From: Octopus vulgaris
Taxonomy: Eukaryota
Length of the DNA stretch: 64,000 nucleotides
NCBI GenBank assembly: GCA_951406725.2
Contig: OX597824.1
Span: forward strand, 496,001-560,000
Direction of reading: 5' to 3'
The notes under the pieces are model-generated. The model ran no database searches. It saw nothing but the letters and a program-made list of their open reading frames with translations, and had not been told where the DNA came from. This document shows, piece after piece, positions 13,690 through 27,007 of this stretch (the stretch's first letter is position 1; every line of letters starts with the position of its first letter). The position numbers and the translations under genes were made by a program.

Positions 13690-13990
13690 GTTACAAGTGT
13701 TCCAGTTGATCCGATCAATGGAACAACCTGCTCATGAAATTAACATGCAAGTGGCTGAGCACTCCACAGACACTGTAACATAGCTGACGGGGAGATTCAG
13801 CATGGGACACAGAAGGGGACAAGACTGACACCTTTCAATTACAGGTACAACTGATTTTGCCAGCTGAGTGGACTGATGCAATATGAAACAAAGTGCCTTG
13901 CTCAAGGACACACTGCACTGCCAGGAATCGAACCCACGACCTTACGTTTGTAAGCCAATTACCCTAACCACTAAGCTACACACCTTCACA
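13690..13990 (-). mobile_element. Third tRNA-derived SINE family (related copy at ~52630-52925)
   Basis: A box TAGCTTAGTGG, B box GGTTCGATTCC, then GTGTCCTTGAGCAAGGCACTTT...CACTCAGCTG. Confidence 0.7.
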
Positions 13991-14224
13991 TACCTATAAA
14001 TATACGAGCATGGGCATGGCTATATTTTTGTATCTTTTTGTAAACAAGTGCCACCATCATACAATATTACTTTGCTTAGAAATGGGTGACTGTTGGTGAC
14101 GGGAAAGGCACTCAGCCACAGAAAGTTTGCCTCAATGAAATCCATCTAACCCATGAAAGCAGGGAAAAGTGGATGTTAAAACAATGATAATGTACTCAAT
14201 GGAATAATATTTTCTCTTTTATTA

Positions 14225-14440
14225 AAGCGGTGAGCTGGCAGAATGGTTAGCATGCCGAGCAAAATGCTTAGCAGTATTTCATCTATCTTTACTTTCTGAG
14301 TTCAAATTCCATCAAGCTCAACTTTGACTTTCATCCTTTCAGGGTCAATAAATTAAGTCCCAGTTGTGTACTGGGGTCAATCTAATCGAATCCCCACTCC
14401 CCAAAATTTCGGGCCTTGCACCTAGAGTAGAAAAGAATAT
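14225..14440 (+). mobile_element. SINE with Nin/Deu-like central domain (also 1600-1820 minus, 31850-32220, 48483-48700)
   Basis: GAGCTGGCAGAA...GAGTTCAAATTCC head followed by TTTCATCCTTTC.GGGTC.ATAAATTAAGT.CCAG block. Confidence 0.7.
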
Positions 14441-17400
14441 TTTCTAATACAGTTCTATATTTAAGAGATGAGGAATTATTTACATTATTTACATTTGATG
14501 GATATTTGTCCTCATCTTGTTTGTTGTTAATATGTTTTGGCTGACATACCCTTCAGCCTTCATCAGGTGTCTGGAGGAAATTTCTCTTTTATTCTAATGC
14601 CAACTGAAAGTTTTGGGGTCCTTGAGTATGCATTCCATTGTCATTTTTAGACATTATGTTCTTTTATATTTTTTAAACAGTCGTTAATCAAGGCTTCGTC
14701 TTCTGGGGTAGTAGTGAGAGACATTAGCCACATCAATGGCAGCCAGTTGAGGATATGCCCCACTCTCTCTGCCATGAATCTCAGTGGAAATTTTGTAAAC
14801 AATAACACAGAGTTTGAAAAAAAAATAAAACTGAATAAAAAAATAAATACATTTGAATGAGTAGCTGTGGCAGAGAATCAAAGAAAAATAAATGATATTT
14901 GCCAATTCTGTTGTTAGTAATTTTGCTGGGTCAGTATGCAGGGGAAAAGAAAGAACATGAGAGAAATTTGTGACAAGGGTCAGTGCTTCCTTCCCTGAAG
15001 AATAACATCCAGGAATGGGCAAAGAGCAAAGCGATATATTTCAGTCTACCAAAAACAGAAGCTGGCATGCTTCCATATACTGATATAAGAATTGGTAGAA
15101 ACCCTGGATGGTGTCTTTCACAATATGTATTCCTCAGAATTGAGTGTGACAGACTGGAGTGTATGCATGGTCTTTAAGACCAATGAAGAGTGAAGGTCAC
15201 GAGTGGAGTGCAAGCAAAGACCAAAACAACTAAACAGAACAGGAAAAATTCCAAAACAACTTATACGACCAAGGAAACAAACAAAGGAGTATACCAATCA
15301 AACAAAGGAGTATACCAATCAACCAACTGACAAACTATGTGATTACAACAACAGCAGCAAAGCAAGTGGAGATTCCTGAAATGGATAGAGTCAAATACAG
15401 GAGAAACGGCACACGACTACTATTCATAACTAAGAGAAAGCAGGGCATAGATATGATGTTAATGCAGGAGTTCTCAAGCTTAGTCACCCAGTATATCTGT
15501 TCTGAAGAATATAATGTAAAATGGTTAGATGCCAAAGAAGAGACAACAGAGATGAATTATTTGTTATTAATTTAATTTAAAGAGTTCAGATCCCACAGTG
15601 GTCAGATTTACCTTGCATCCTTCTGAAGCCTATAAAATAAAGTACCAACCAAGTACTGAGGTTCTTATGATTGCATGTCCCACCCTCACACCAAAAATTC
15701 TAGCTTTATACTATATAAGAAATCAATTTCATTTAATGTTACACTTTTAATGAGATGAATGAATTTGGCTCTTTCGAGCAAATAACACAATTCCCATCAC
15801 GATTTGGGAGAGGCACACATAGGTATCATTTTCAATTAACGGTCGAGACTGTTAATTTGTTGTTCGTTATAAACATTGCTTGGAACGTTGTTCACAAGAA
15901 CAAACAGAAAGAGCAAAAGACTCTCCACACACTTCCTAAAGACATGTGATTTACTTGATTATGAGGAATCACTTCAAAAGCCCAGGGATTTTACAGACCA
16001 TGTGTACCCACTAAGAGGTACACATTCACCCGTTTGAGAATTTTTGCATTGTTATCAACAGAGATAAAGCAGCTTTCTGATTTGACACTTTTCTAGTAAC
16101 TGTTAATGAGTAAGATGTATGATCAAAGGCACTCCAAACATGACCACCCATCCTTTTATTTTTCACAGTTTATCTAGTAATCTATTACTCAAAGAATCCT
16201 TCCTTTATTTATGATTGAAGCATAATTTAACTACTATTTCTCCAATTTGATCAGAGCCACATACATGTAGCCTCATCAGACCATTTAAGACAGAAGTCTT
16301 CGAAACAGGGAGATCACCATCATCATCATTTCCTAGTACAATACAAGAAAAGTGCACTTTATACTGTGAACTACTTAAACATACCAGTCAAACGACAACT
16401 TTGTTCATCCCTGACAACATTCAGTGTAGAGCCCTTGGCTTATTCCTACATTAATTGCTATCGGATAAAATCCTACAATCAAACATATCTACTCCACTTT
16501 TCTTTTTTTCTTCATTTATAAAAATACTGTAGCTTTTGAACCCGAACTCGTATTCAAAGTGCCAGGTCACATCGACCCTTTGATCAGTCCTTTAGAACGA
16601 ATGAAACCAGCAACAATAATATTCGAGGCAGTTAAGTGGCAGAGTGATTGAAGCAACAGAGAAAATGCGATGCAATAGTTTTTTCTAACTCTCTGTGGTC
16701 TGAGTTCAAATTCTACAGAAGTAAACTTAATTTTCATCCTCTTCAGGGATTGAAATAAAAAAGACCAGTTCCATGCAGCAAATGATTCGTTTTTTTTTCT
16801 CCCTGGGAAAAACCAGATGCAGTCAGACATGGATAGTAGTAGGCTCTACAAGACATGCCCTACATTAAGATGGTGCCACTATGACTCCCTCAGGAGTTGA
16901 GGGCCCATGGAAGGACAAAGCAATTGTCATGGCTGACATAGGTCAGAGGAGTCAAACAATCTCCACTGACTTAGATGTCCAATAAATGCTACATCATTCC
17001 AACAATAACCAATAAGGGCCTTCAAGACAGTTGTAGCTAAGTCTGGGAGAGAAATGGTTCACACTATAACTATAAAAGAAATGTGAGCAGGGGTTTATAG
17101 AAGTAGAAGTGGTGGCCATATTCAGGGCTGCTGTTTAAACTCAAGGACAACCTTCATTGAGCAACTCTATAATGAAAGGAATTGCAACAATAGACATCTT
17201 TTCTTTGGGCACCTAGCGTCTAAGGCATCATTATCGACTGCATTGTTCTATTTGAGGGAGATTTAGCTGCTGTTCCTAGCAATTACAGCGACCACGTTAA
17301 GGCTCTCTCGCCGGTTTGAGATCCCTTCCATACACAAACTTTAGGAAACAATATCAAACAGACATTTGAAACCTTGAAAAACAAAAATGAATACCAGTAA

Positions 17401-17810
17401 TAAACTTAGGTTGATTGACTGTATCCCTTCCACTAAAATCAAAAATTTGCTGTAGGCCCATGTAAAAATCACTGCACATGGATTTGTTTACATCAATATT
17501 TACAATGGACTTGTGCGTTTCAGAGAGAAGTTTCTTGAATATAAACAGAGAAAGCCACCACAATACAGAATGTACACAGAATACAATGTCCGAGAAGCAT
17601 TCCAGTGGATTTTACCAATCGGTCTTGCACACAGAAATAAATTCAATCTCGTATTCAGTGGATTTTTTTTTCTCCAAACTTTCCGGTGCAAAACGGATTA
17701 ATAAAATCGGCTAAAATGGATCTGTAATACTTTATTGTATAACTATTAATACACCCACTCTGTTGACAAAAATACGAATGCCTCTTACTTCTAACATGTA
17801 TTAGATGAAG

Positions 17811-17844
<34 letters not shown>

Positions 17845-19045
17845 TATTATATGGAGGGTACTACTATTTCACGCTAACTACTGATAATTTCTTATAAAGA
17901 TTTTATCCTCAATTTTAAATATATATATATATATACAAATAAGAAAATGGAGGAACAGATTCCTTTCAATCATCAACTTACAGATATCCCATAGTGGGTT
18001 ACACTCATAACTCCTATCTCACTTTATATATATATATATATATATCGCTTAAACTTCATGTATTAAAAAACTCTAATCTGTTCTGCTCACACGTTATAAA
18101 GTGTGGACAAATTTGGAAAACTGAAAAAGCGATCAGTGAAAAGACTTTAATAAATTTGGTGACATTTGACCTCAAAGTCGTTTTCTACCGAAAGAACAGA
18201 AGAATAATAAAACTATAAAATCATACAAAACTTTTAAACAACAAAACAAAATACAAATCTCAGTCGTTTCATCGCAGACGAATTAAATGAAAAGATCTGC
18301 TTTCTTCATTTTGTTTTCTTCCCTAAACTCCAAAAAGAATTTAATAAAAATAATGGATATTTGTTTGTTAGGCAGAAAAGCAATTTTCTAAAATGTTGGC
18401 TGGAATCGAAAATATTAAGTCTGGAATCAGACTTGATATCAATTAGTGTTTATTCTATGAGCAGGGAACGAATAATTTGGTGGAATGGGATGGAATCGAA
18501 ACCTGGTCAGAAATAATAAAAGAAGCGACCCAAATACGGTAAAAGTGTCGTCGAGGCCCAGAAGCGGGTCAGACCTCATCACCAGCACCTGATGGAATAT
18601 ATTGGATCGAAGGCGAAGTTCTGTGGCAACAAATTGGATCGATGGGTTTGGAGATTTTAAAATCAGTCTTAAATATTTATTTCAATAATTTTAGGTCGTA
18701 AACTCAAAAACACAAACTAAAAGCAACCAAACAGGCAGCACTTTGGACATTTCAATATGTTTGGAGGTATTTTAAACAATATTTGGTTTATGCTTTAAAA
18801 GCATCATTAAATAAACAGAGGTCGGACCCAGGATTAATTGGCGAAGAAGAATTCCTCTTTTATTTCTTTTGAGTTTAAAGACATTTCTATTGTATTTTTT
18901 TTTTTTTTTACTAGTTTTACTTTGTATAATGTATTCTTTTCATCTTCTTAGAATTTACGGCCGTAATGTAAAGGATCTGCTTAGAATATAATTGTTTGTT
19001 GAGAAGGAAAATGTGAGAAATAAAGGGAAAACGAATGCAACGTAC

Positions 19046-19098
19046 GTCTTTTGAGATCGGCGCCAGTTTTTGGCGAACCAGGTGAGAAGATGCAACAT
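19046..19098 (-). CDS. angel: Angel homolog, putative first coding exon (MLHLLTWFAKNWRRSQK)
   Basis: ATG at 19098, donor gtacgt at 19045, phase 2 compatible with exon 2. Lies in a CpG-rich region; in-frame TAG upstream; candidate acceptor near 19202. Confidence 0.6.
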
Positions 19099-19199
19099 TA
19101 AGGGAAGGATGCTAAGGCAGAAGGGTGAAGGTTTTAATAGAGATCGTTGCAGAAGGAGTTGAAGATTATGGCTGGCCACAGCAGTTGTGCAATTATCCT

Positions 19200-20110
19200 A
19201 CCTGAAAACAGTTTTAAGAAGAAATCAAAACTCCGTCAGTATTTTCCATCTTGGTAAGAATCTCGACCGGAAGTTGGGGAATCGCCATGCAAGGGAGGCG
19301 ACTCTCGCTTCCAGCTCGAACGATTGACTCTTGCTTGGTTGGTCGAACGATTGACTCTTGACTCCTGGTCGCCCGAACGACCGACAAGAAATCTTACGGA
19401 AACCTCTCTCTTCGAACTGCACCCTACTGTCTTAAAGAGGGTGCAATGGATTTCGTTGTTCTTGGTATCTTGTCTTGAGAAAAGACGAAATGAACCACAG
19501 CTGTTTATATACGAAAACGACAGAGAAAAGATTAGCAATGATTTCTGCGCATCGATGACTCAAACCACGGAAGTATTCCGCATTACATAAAGAAAACAGA
19601 TAAAGAACGAACCAACGTTTTTAAAAACGCTAGAAATATATGTCAAATCTCCCCCAAATCCCATCTTCCCAGTAAAAACCAAGAATAAAAATGTCACATG
19701 GAATAATATAGTCCTGGATACACTTTGTCTAAAAGATAAAGATAAAAAACAACAACATAAACAATAGATTTGTGCAACTTCTTTTAATCGCAGACGAAGA
19801 AATGGAACTTTTTTTATTAAACCGTAAGAGTAAATTCATTTGCTTAACCATTTCAATAAATACCTCGAGTTAAAAACAAACAATACTATAATTTAACATT
19901 TATTTGGCAGTTTTGTTAGGTTTTTAATATCTGTTAAAATTCCTACCTCAAGTTTTCTATTTTGGATAAAACAACAGGCGGTTGACTCCTCTCACTCGAA
20001 ACATAATCTCTGTTTTTCAGTGAATTGGGACAGATCATCATAAAGCTTTTTTAATTCATCATAAACCAGCTGCTTCAAGTCACGGATTGCCAGTTTTACC
20101 ATTTAAAAGA
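19200..20110. promoter_or_regulatory. Putative bidirectional promoter/5'UTR region between angel and CDPF1
   Basis: Divergent start codons ~1 kb apart (19098 minus, 20112 plus). Locally CpG-rich and free of the SINEs seen elsewhere. Confidence 0.55.
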
Positions 20111-20111
20111 A

Positions 20112-20450
20112 ATGGATGAAAGTAACTCTGATAAATCTACAAAGAAATTCGTTTGCGAAGTGTGTCATTTCTCAGCTAATTACCAATATGTTGGCGACAA
20201 ACCACCAAAATGCAAGTCTGTTACACTGAAAGAGAAAATGTATATTACGAACGATCCATTTTCATCGAATGAGGAAAACTCATTCATTGTTCTCGGTTCC
20301 CATTGCATTTACTGTAATATTGCTGTATGCGCGGACAGTAAATGTAGTTTTTATTACAATGGACGCTTCTGTTTGAATTGTTGCTCAACATTTATCTCAG
20401 AATTCCCCATTGAAGTACAACAGGAAATTAGGAAGAAAATGAACACTTGA
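20112..20450 (+). CDS. CDPF1: Cysteine-rich DPF motif domain-containing protein 1 (intronless CDS, 112 aa)
   Basis: FxCxxC...Y.G.KPP...L.E..Y...DPF...F.VLGS.C..C...VC....CS.YY..RFC..C...FP.E.Q.EI pattern is the C6_DPF family signature. Confidence 0.92.
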   Translation: MDESNSDKSTKKFVCEVCHFSANYQYVGDKPPKCKSVTLKEKMYITNDPFSSNEENSFIVLGSHCIYCNIAVCADSKCSFYYNGRFCLNCCSTFISEFPIEVQQEIRKKMNT

Positions 20451-23400
20451 CTATGAAAAGCAACTTGGGTCATAAAACGAATTAGAAAATGATCGGGTTG
20501 CCTGACTGATTTTGCAGTGGCTTTTGAAAATAGCCGTAGAAGAAACTGAGGTTTAACCAAAGAAACTGTTGGCGATGTAGTTTTGAAACCGTTTGATAAG
20601 ACCTATGAGAGGGTCAAGAATACCAACAAAGACTTCGGATCGTACCAACAGTATTCCATATATATATATATATATCTATATATAATATTATCAATGTTAC
20701 GCTGACAATTTTTGATAAAGTTTTGACAATAATAATTGCGGTCGAGCGTCGAGTTAAAGTTCACCAAGTTGATGTTTAAAATATGCTGCCTTTTCACATC
20801 TTCTCATGTACAACATATTATACATCGACTTAATAATTCCTCACCACTCTGCTGAATACGGTGAAGTCTGACTCGCTAAGGAGGTCATATGTGGAAACCT
20901 GTTTGGAGTTATTTCCCGTACTTATTAAAATAACAGATTATTAAACTGATGTTGTCCTTTCCTCCTCACGTAATTATTTTTCATTAGCGTTTTGATACTC
21001 ATTGCAGTCAACCTGACTTAACTATGTACAATTTCATTCATCTTCTTCCTTATAAATAATATTCAAACTTTTCACAAATCAGTAAAAATAAAAAGTAATC
21101 AATGATCCGAGTTTGTGCGTTTGTATTCGTTCTGTCAACTGCAGAAGATAGGCAGATTTGAACCGGTAGAGCATCCGACATTTAATAACGTTCAGCAAAA
21201 TTTCATTGAGGCTCACTTGGCCTGTCATCCTTTTGTTTAGCTGTTTAGCTCAGATTTCGCTTCGCAACCTCGTGGTTCTGGGTTCGAACCTATTGCACGA
21301 TATCTTGGACAAATGTTTGTTTTGTTTTGTTATTTTACTATACCACTTGTAGGCGGAACTCATCTGGTCAAACTAAAGGGTTTGACCCGAGGAAAAAATA
21401 GTGTAATAGGTGTAAAACAACTTTGCTCTAAACGAATATGAAAAAGAAAATGCGAATGGAGAGAGGACTCGGAAAGTTCACATCGTGAATGTTCCGAGTC
21501 GTCTCACCACAGCCAAAATAAAAAAAAAAATTAACTAGTGTAATAGGTGTACAACAACAAACATAGTAAACGAATATGAAGAAAAAATATGCACTGGCGA
21601 ACGTGGGGTGTATATGTATACACACACACATATGTCTTTGTGATTTGCATACGATGTACATATGGAGAGAGTAGGCTAGAAATAATTATATATAAATAGA
21701 TATATACATATTAGAGGGAAACCACTATGTATTTGTTTTGTTTTGGAGAGAATTATATAAAGCTTTCACTTTATTTTATTATAGTAGTAACTATGGAAGA
21801 CTGGTGGGATTATTATTTGTATGGACTTAAAGATTGGTTGTGATTTAGTAATTTAGTTATTGAAGGTTTACTATTAATACCGATACAGACGTACATAGGT
21901 AAATGTGTTTAAGAGTTATGGTTTCTTTGATATGTTTGCTCCCAATCAACACTTATTTTAGTGCTTTTGACACTGCTGGATTGTATGGTACTACCCAGGT
22001 GTCAAAACCATAATGATATCCGTGGGGCAGCTGATGATGGAGATATGTTGGATTGTTGGTATGGCTGTTTTTATCTATATCGAATAGTATTATAACACAA
22101 CCTTCTATATGGTGCTCTCCTTGCAGAATTGCTCTTTCTTAGTGTAAGTTCTTAAATAACTTTTGAGCCCTGAAAGACATTTAAAGTGCTTGTCGCGTGG
22201 TTTGCTTGTTGCCTGAGATCAGCTGGTCAGTGATGATAGACTTTGAGCATCTGAGTCACTGTTGTCGAAATGGATAACTCAGTCATCATTATTTTATGAA
22301 CATTATATTATAGGTGCCCCAGCATGGCTGTGTGGTAAGAAACTTGCTTCTTAATCACATGGTTCCAGGTTCAGTCCCACTGCGCGGCACCTTCAGCAAG
22401 AGTTTTCTATCATAACCTTGAGCTGACTAAAGCCTTGTGAGTGGATTTGGTAGACGGAAACTGAAAGAAGCCAGTCGTATATATGTATATGTTTGTGTTT
22501 GTCTCCCCCTCCAACCATCGCTTGACAACCGATGTTGGTCTGTTTACGTCCCCGTAACCTACCAATTTGGTAAGAGACTGATAGAATAAGTACTAGGCTT
22601 ACAAAGAATATGTCCTGGGGTCAATTTGTACTACTAAAGGTGGTGCTCCAGTATGGCTGCAGTCAAAAGACTGAAACAAGTAAAAGAGTAAAAGACTTGT
22701 TGTCGTGTGTGAATGAACGGTTGCGAAGGAGGTGGCGAAGGAGGTGGCGGTTCAGAGAGTGAAGTGCAAGGGTGACTCCATGACAGACGACATCAGAATG
22801 GGTGGGGGGAGGGGGGAAATCACTGTCAGCTGCTTCCAATCCATTCACTGACACTTGAGGAGAAAGGAATCATCAACAACAACAACAACAACTGAAAAAC
22901 TGTTGGGACAAACAGGAGTTTGTTCAGCTTCAATGAACAATTCATGAGTTTGATACTTTCTAAGTCAAGTAGCAACATCAGTGCCACAATCAACGAGAAC
23001 AACAGCATTGTCATCAGCATCAGCATCATCATCATTGCAAGGAGACACACACACGCAGTTGTGTGTTGATGAGAGAAAGAGAGAGAGAGAGAGAGAGTTT
23101 GAAAGAATGGATGCATCATTCCCATTTTTAGATTAGTAGCAGTTTTGGTCATTCACATCAGTCATTAGTCAGTATCATCTGATGTGATTCATGACTGAAT
23201 ATGGTTCTTTCTTGTCCATCAATAGCCTCTCCTCTGACTCTGAATGGGATTCTGTGACTGTCCAGCTCTCCCTTTTCTCTTCAGACTCGGTCCCTTTTAC
23301 AGAGGGGGTGGGGTGCTAAGCAGTGAAGCAAAGCAATGTAATGTTATTACCAGTTCAAATACGCTGTTTGGACTCATACAGTGATTGAAATAGCATCAGA

Positions 23401-25188
23401 GAAACGATCTCTTTTTCATTAGTTTGCATCCTCCTCCTGCCTAGTATCTGTGACTGAAGAGGAGATAATTACGTTGAAACGCTTGCCTCTCACTGTCTAC
23501 ACAGGTGGCACTACAAACTGATATAAGTGTATTCACACCATTTGTCTGCAGCGGGAAATTGTTTTCAATGACAATACACAGTAAATGGCTTATTTGTGAG
23601 TCCAACTGTGTCGAGAGCAGAGTTGAGCTAGTAATAACATTACATCCAGTCTCTTTTATTGCGATCCAGAAACAAAAGTGATCAAACAGATCAGTGATGA
23701 TGTTATCACTTGAAAATCCAACACATGTTCACTGGCCAGATCGTTACTCATGTCATTTCTCAGTCACAAAGGTCTTGGGTTCGTTTATGGAATTTTTCAT
23801 AATTTGAAAACAAACAGTTTGGGTTCACATTCAAGCAGGGACCTGCTGCAGCTCTGTCCACCATCTCAATGGTATTGATACCAGTGGCTTTGTCGAGCAG
23901 AGATGACCAAAGTATTACTTAACAACAACAATAACCACAACAACAACAAGATATTTGAGTGCTTGATGTCATCCTCATCATCATTGTTTAACGTCCGTTT
24001 TCCATGCTGGCATGGGTTGGACGGTTCGACCGGGTTCTGGGAAGCAAGGAGGCTGCGCCAGGCTCCAGTCTGATCTGGCAGTGTTTCTACAGCTGGATGC
24101 CCTTCCTAACACCAACCATGCCGTGAGTGTAGTGGGTGCTTTTTATGTGCCACCGGCATGGGTATCTTAACTACAATTTCCATTTGATTTTTATTTTGAT
24201 GTTCGTGTTGACATACTTGACTCAATAGGTCTCCTCAAGCACAGAGGGTCACTCTACGACCCAAGGTTTGCACAGCATGCCGTCCTGCGAGCCATGAACT
24301 CACTTCATTTGTCAGTCTTCGGAGTCACACCGTATCTCAGAGGTCTTGGTCTATCGTCATTTCCTGTATGAGGCCCAACGTGCCACCGGCAGGGGTATCA
24401 CAACTACAATATCCATTTGATATTTATTTTGATTAAAAATATGAAGCAATGAAATGAAGTAACAAATGTCAAGAGATTGTTCAAAGGAAAGATTAGAAAA
24501 ATCTCTGAGAGTTCTAAATATTTTTGATAGCAAGATAATATTGATATAAAAGAAAGGAAGAAGCAACTTAGTAGTAGAAAGGGGTGACAGTTTTCTAACA
24601 AAAGATTACAAAAGAAAATAAACTAAACCAGTGTGTCAGAAAACTTCCAGAATAAATCAACAACATATTTTGTTTTATCAGTTGTCTTTTTTTATCTTCA
24701 CCTTAATTATCTATTCATTTAGTGGTATTATTCCCACTACACACACACACAGATAGTGAGAGAGAGTGACATAGGGAGTGGGACACACACATGCAGCCAT
24801 ACACATGTCCACACATACACACATTCCCACTCCATCTACATACACATATCTACACTCTCACATCCACACCCATTCACACTGCCTCTCAAACACCCTACCA
24901 CTGACCATCCCAACTACACACATACACAAAAACCATCACACCTGTTACCATAGCTGCTAACCTCTTCCTATGACATTAACAAAGATTACTCACACACACA
25001 TACAAACAGTTTATATGCACACACACTTCCACACACACACAGATACCAACCTTTCTTTACACTCTCCTGTCTTAGAAAGCACTTTTTCTTTGTCCATCTA
25101 CTTCCTGTCATTCCCACATGTAACTACATGTGGATTGTAGGCGATTTTTTTCCCTGTCTTCTTTTTTTTTGGACTTTCCTCTGTCTTT

Positions 25189-25225
25189 TGTTTCTGAAGA
25201 AGAGCTTTGCTCGAAACATAAAACA
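25189..25225 (+). ncRNA. Minimal type I hammerhead ribozyme motif in a Penelope-LTR-like repeat
   Basis: UGUUU-CUGAAGA-A-GAGC(uuu)GCUC-GAAAC-AUA-AAACA. Confidence 0.7.
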
Positions 25226-25996
25226 CCCTTTTGTTTCTTTCCCTGAGCGTCTTATTAATATTTTGCATGTACCACGTCCTCATGTTGTTGTTTTTTCTTG
25301 TCTTTGTTTCTCCATTTTTTTAAATCATATATATACATATATATATATGTAATCCAAAGAAGGATACAATAAAAGAATTTGCCACATCTTCAATGACCAG
25401 TCACAATTGTTTCTGTTTTCAATGTCAATTCATGCAGAAATTCCATGCGAAACGTGAAACTTTTGCATGAACTGATGACGAAAACAGAGTTGCTTCAGAA
25501 ATAGTTGCAACTGCTCTTTGAGGATGGGATAAATTCTTTCTTTGTCTTCTTATTTAGATCTTAGTTTACTTTTCTCAAAACTCACACAATGATTTTACCG
25601 TTATGACACAGAACCATAGTCGTGGCCATTGCTAGTGTCGTGTAAATGGCATCTGTGCCAGTGGCACGCACAAAGCACTGATTACACTCTTGGAGTGGTT
25701 GGCATTAGGAAAGGCATCCAGCCATAGAAACCAGACTGGAACCTGGTGCAGCTCACTGGCTTACCAATTCCAGTCAAACTGTCTAACCCATGCTAGCATG
25801 GAAAGCAGACATTAAATGATGGTGAAGATGATGATGACACCTGGCCTTTATACACCTGAAGAATTTTGATCTTATTTAAGACTACAATCCAAGAGTGTAG
25901 TTAGCCTAAAGCTTGTGTTGAGTGCTACATTAGAAATATCCTATCTTTCTACCCTTCCAGGACCTTATATATATATTGTGAAAGATATAATATAAT

Positions 25997-26250
25997 GTAT
26001 TTTTTGATGTTATTATTATTATTCAGGTGACTGCCTGGAATCTAACTCAGAATCTTGGGGTTTGTAGCCTGCGCTCTTAACCACTACGCCATATGCCCAT
26101 GGGTTCGAAATTTCCCCAAGACACCTGATGAAAGCTGGAGGGTATATCAGCTTAAATGTTGTGTTAACAACAAACAAGATGAGGACAAATATCCGTCAAA
26201 TATAAATAATATAATGTACATAATTCCTCTCATCTCTTAAATATGGAACT
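25997..26250. repeat. Repeat family with tRNA-like head (minus) and decayed hammerhead (plus); other copies at 14450-14585 and 63688-64000
   Basis: Shared GACACCTGATGAA.GCTG...ATGAGGACAAATATCC.TCAAAT block in all three copies; A box TGGCGTAGTGG at 26081-26091 (minus). Confidence 0.8.
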
Positions 26251-26931
26251 ATATTAATGAATATTAAAGTTTAAATTTGTGAAAGAACCCAATCAGGTTG
26301 TTAATTATATGAGGTATTATTAAAAAACTATATAAATTCTTTCTAACTTGATTGGTATCAGCACAGCATCAGACTAAGAGATTAAATTTAGTGTTATCCT
26401 TTTGTAAACCTTGATAATAAAACCAGAAAAAAAAAACCCCCAGAAAAAAATACTAAAAAAACTGTAATTCTAAAAATATATTCTTTCTATATTTGTTAAT
26501 TTGAGGACTTAATCTTTTAACACTTGCAAAATAAAAACAATTATCAGTTGTAAATATCAGAACAGCTGTTAATTCCCTTTGGGTAAATATGTGTATGTGT
26601 GTGTATATACCAATATACCTATGTTTGTATGTGTATCTGTAGGTTCTTTTGTGTGTGTATGAATGTATGTACGTATACCTACAGACATATACATATGGAT
26701 ATATGTACATATATATTTACACATATATGTATGTGTGTTTGTGTGTATATATATATATATATATTTATATATGTATATATATATATATATGTGTGTGTGT
26801 ATATACACACATACATATATCTGTAATGTGTAATTGAGTATATTAGTGTGTGTGTGAGTTTGTGCATATCTTTATATAGAAGTATATTTCAAATGTTCTC
26901 TCCAGAGAGGTTTGAGTTTTAGAGCAGAACC

Positions 26932-27007
26932 ATGCATTCTTCCGTATTTCTTATTGCCATTGTTTGTCTGCCGCTGGTGCTGGCAACAATCCCATTTTCT
27001 GATTGTG
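26932..27007 (+). CDS. NPC2: NPC2-like ML-domain lipid-binding protein, exon 1 (signal peptide MHSSVFLIAIVCLPLVLA, then TIPFSDCG)
   Basis: ATG in ACCATG context, hydrophobic signal peptide, FxDCG motif, donor gtatgt at 27008. Confidence 0.88.

Noticed and set aside
19225-19590. Short ORFs in the angel/CDPF1 intergenic region
   Set aside because: No recognisable homology; likely open by chance in CpG-rich promoter/UTR sequence.
25345-25560. CTGATGA...GAAA inside an imperfect inverted repeat
   Set aside because: No helix I/II geometry; best explained as a decayed palindromic MITE.
26453-26867. Cluster of overlapping 60-85 aa ORFs
   Set aside because: Products of AT/GT microsatellites.
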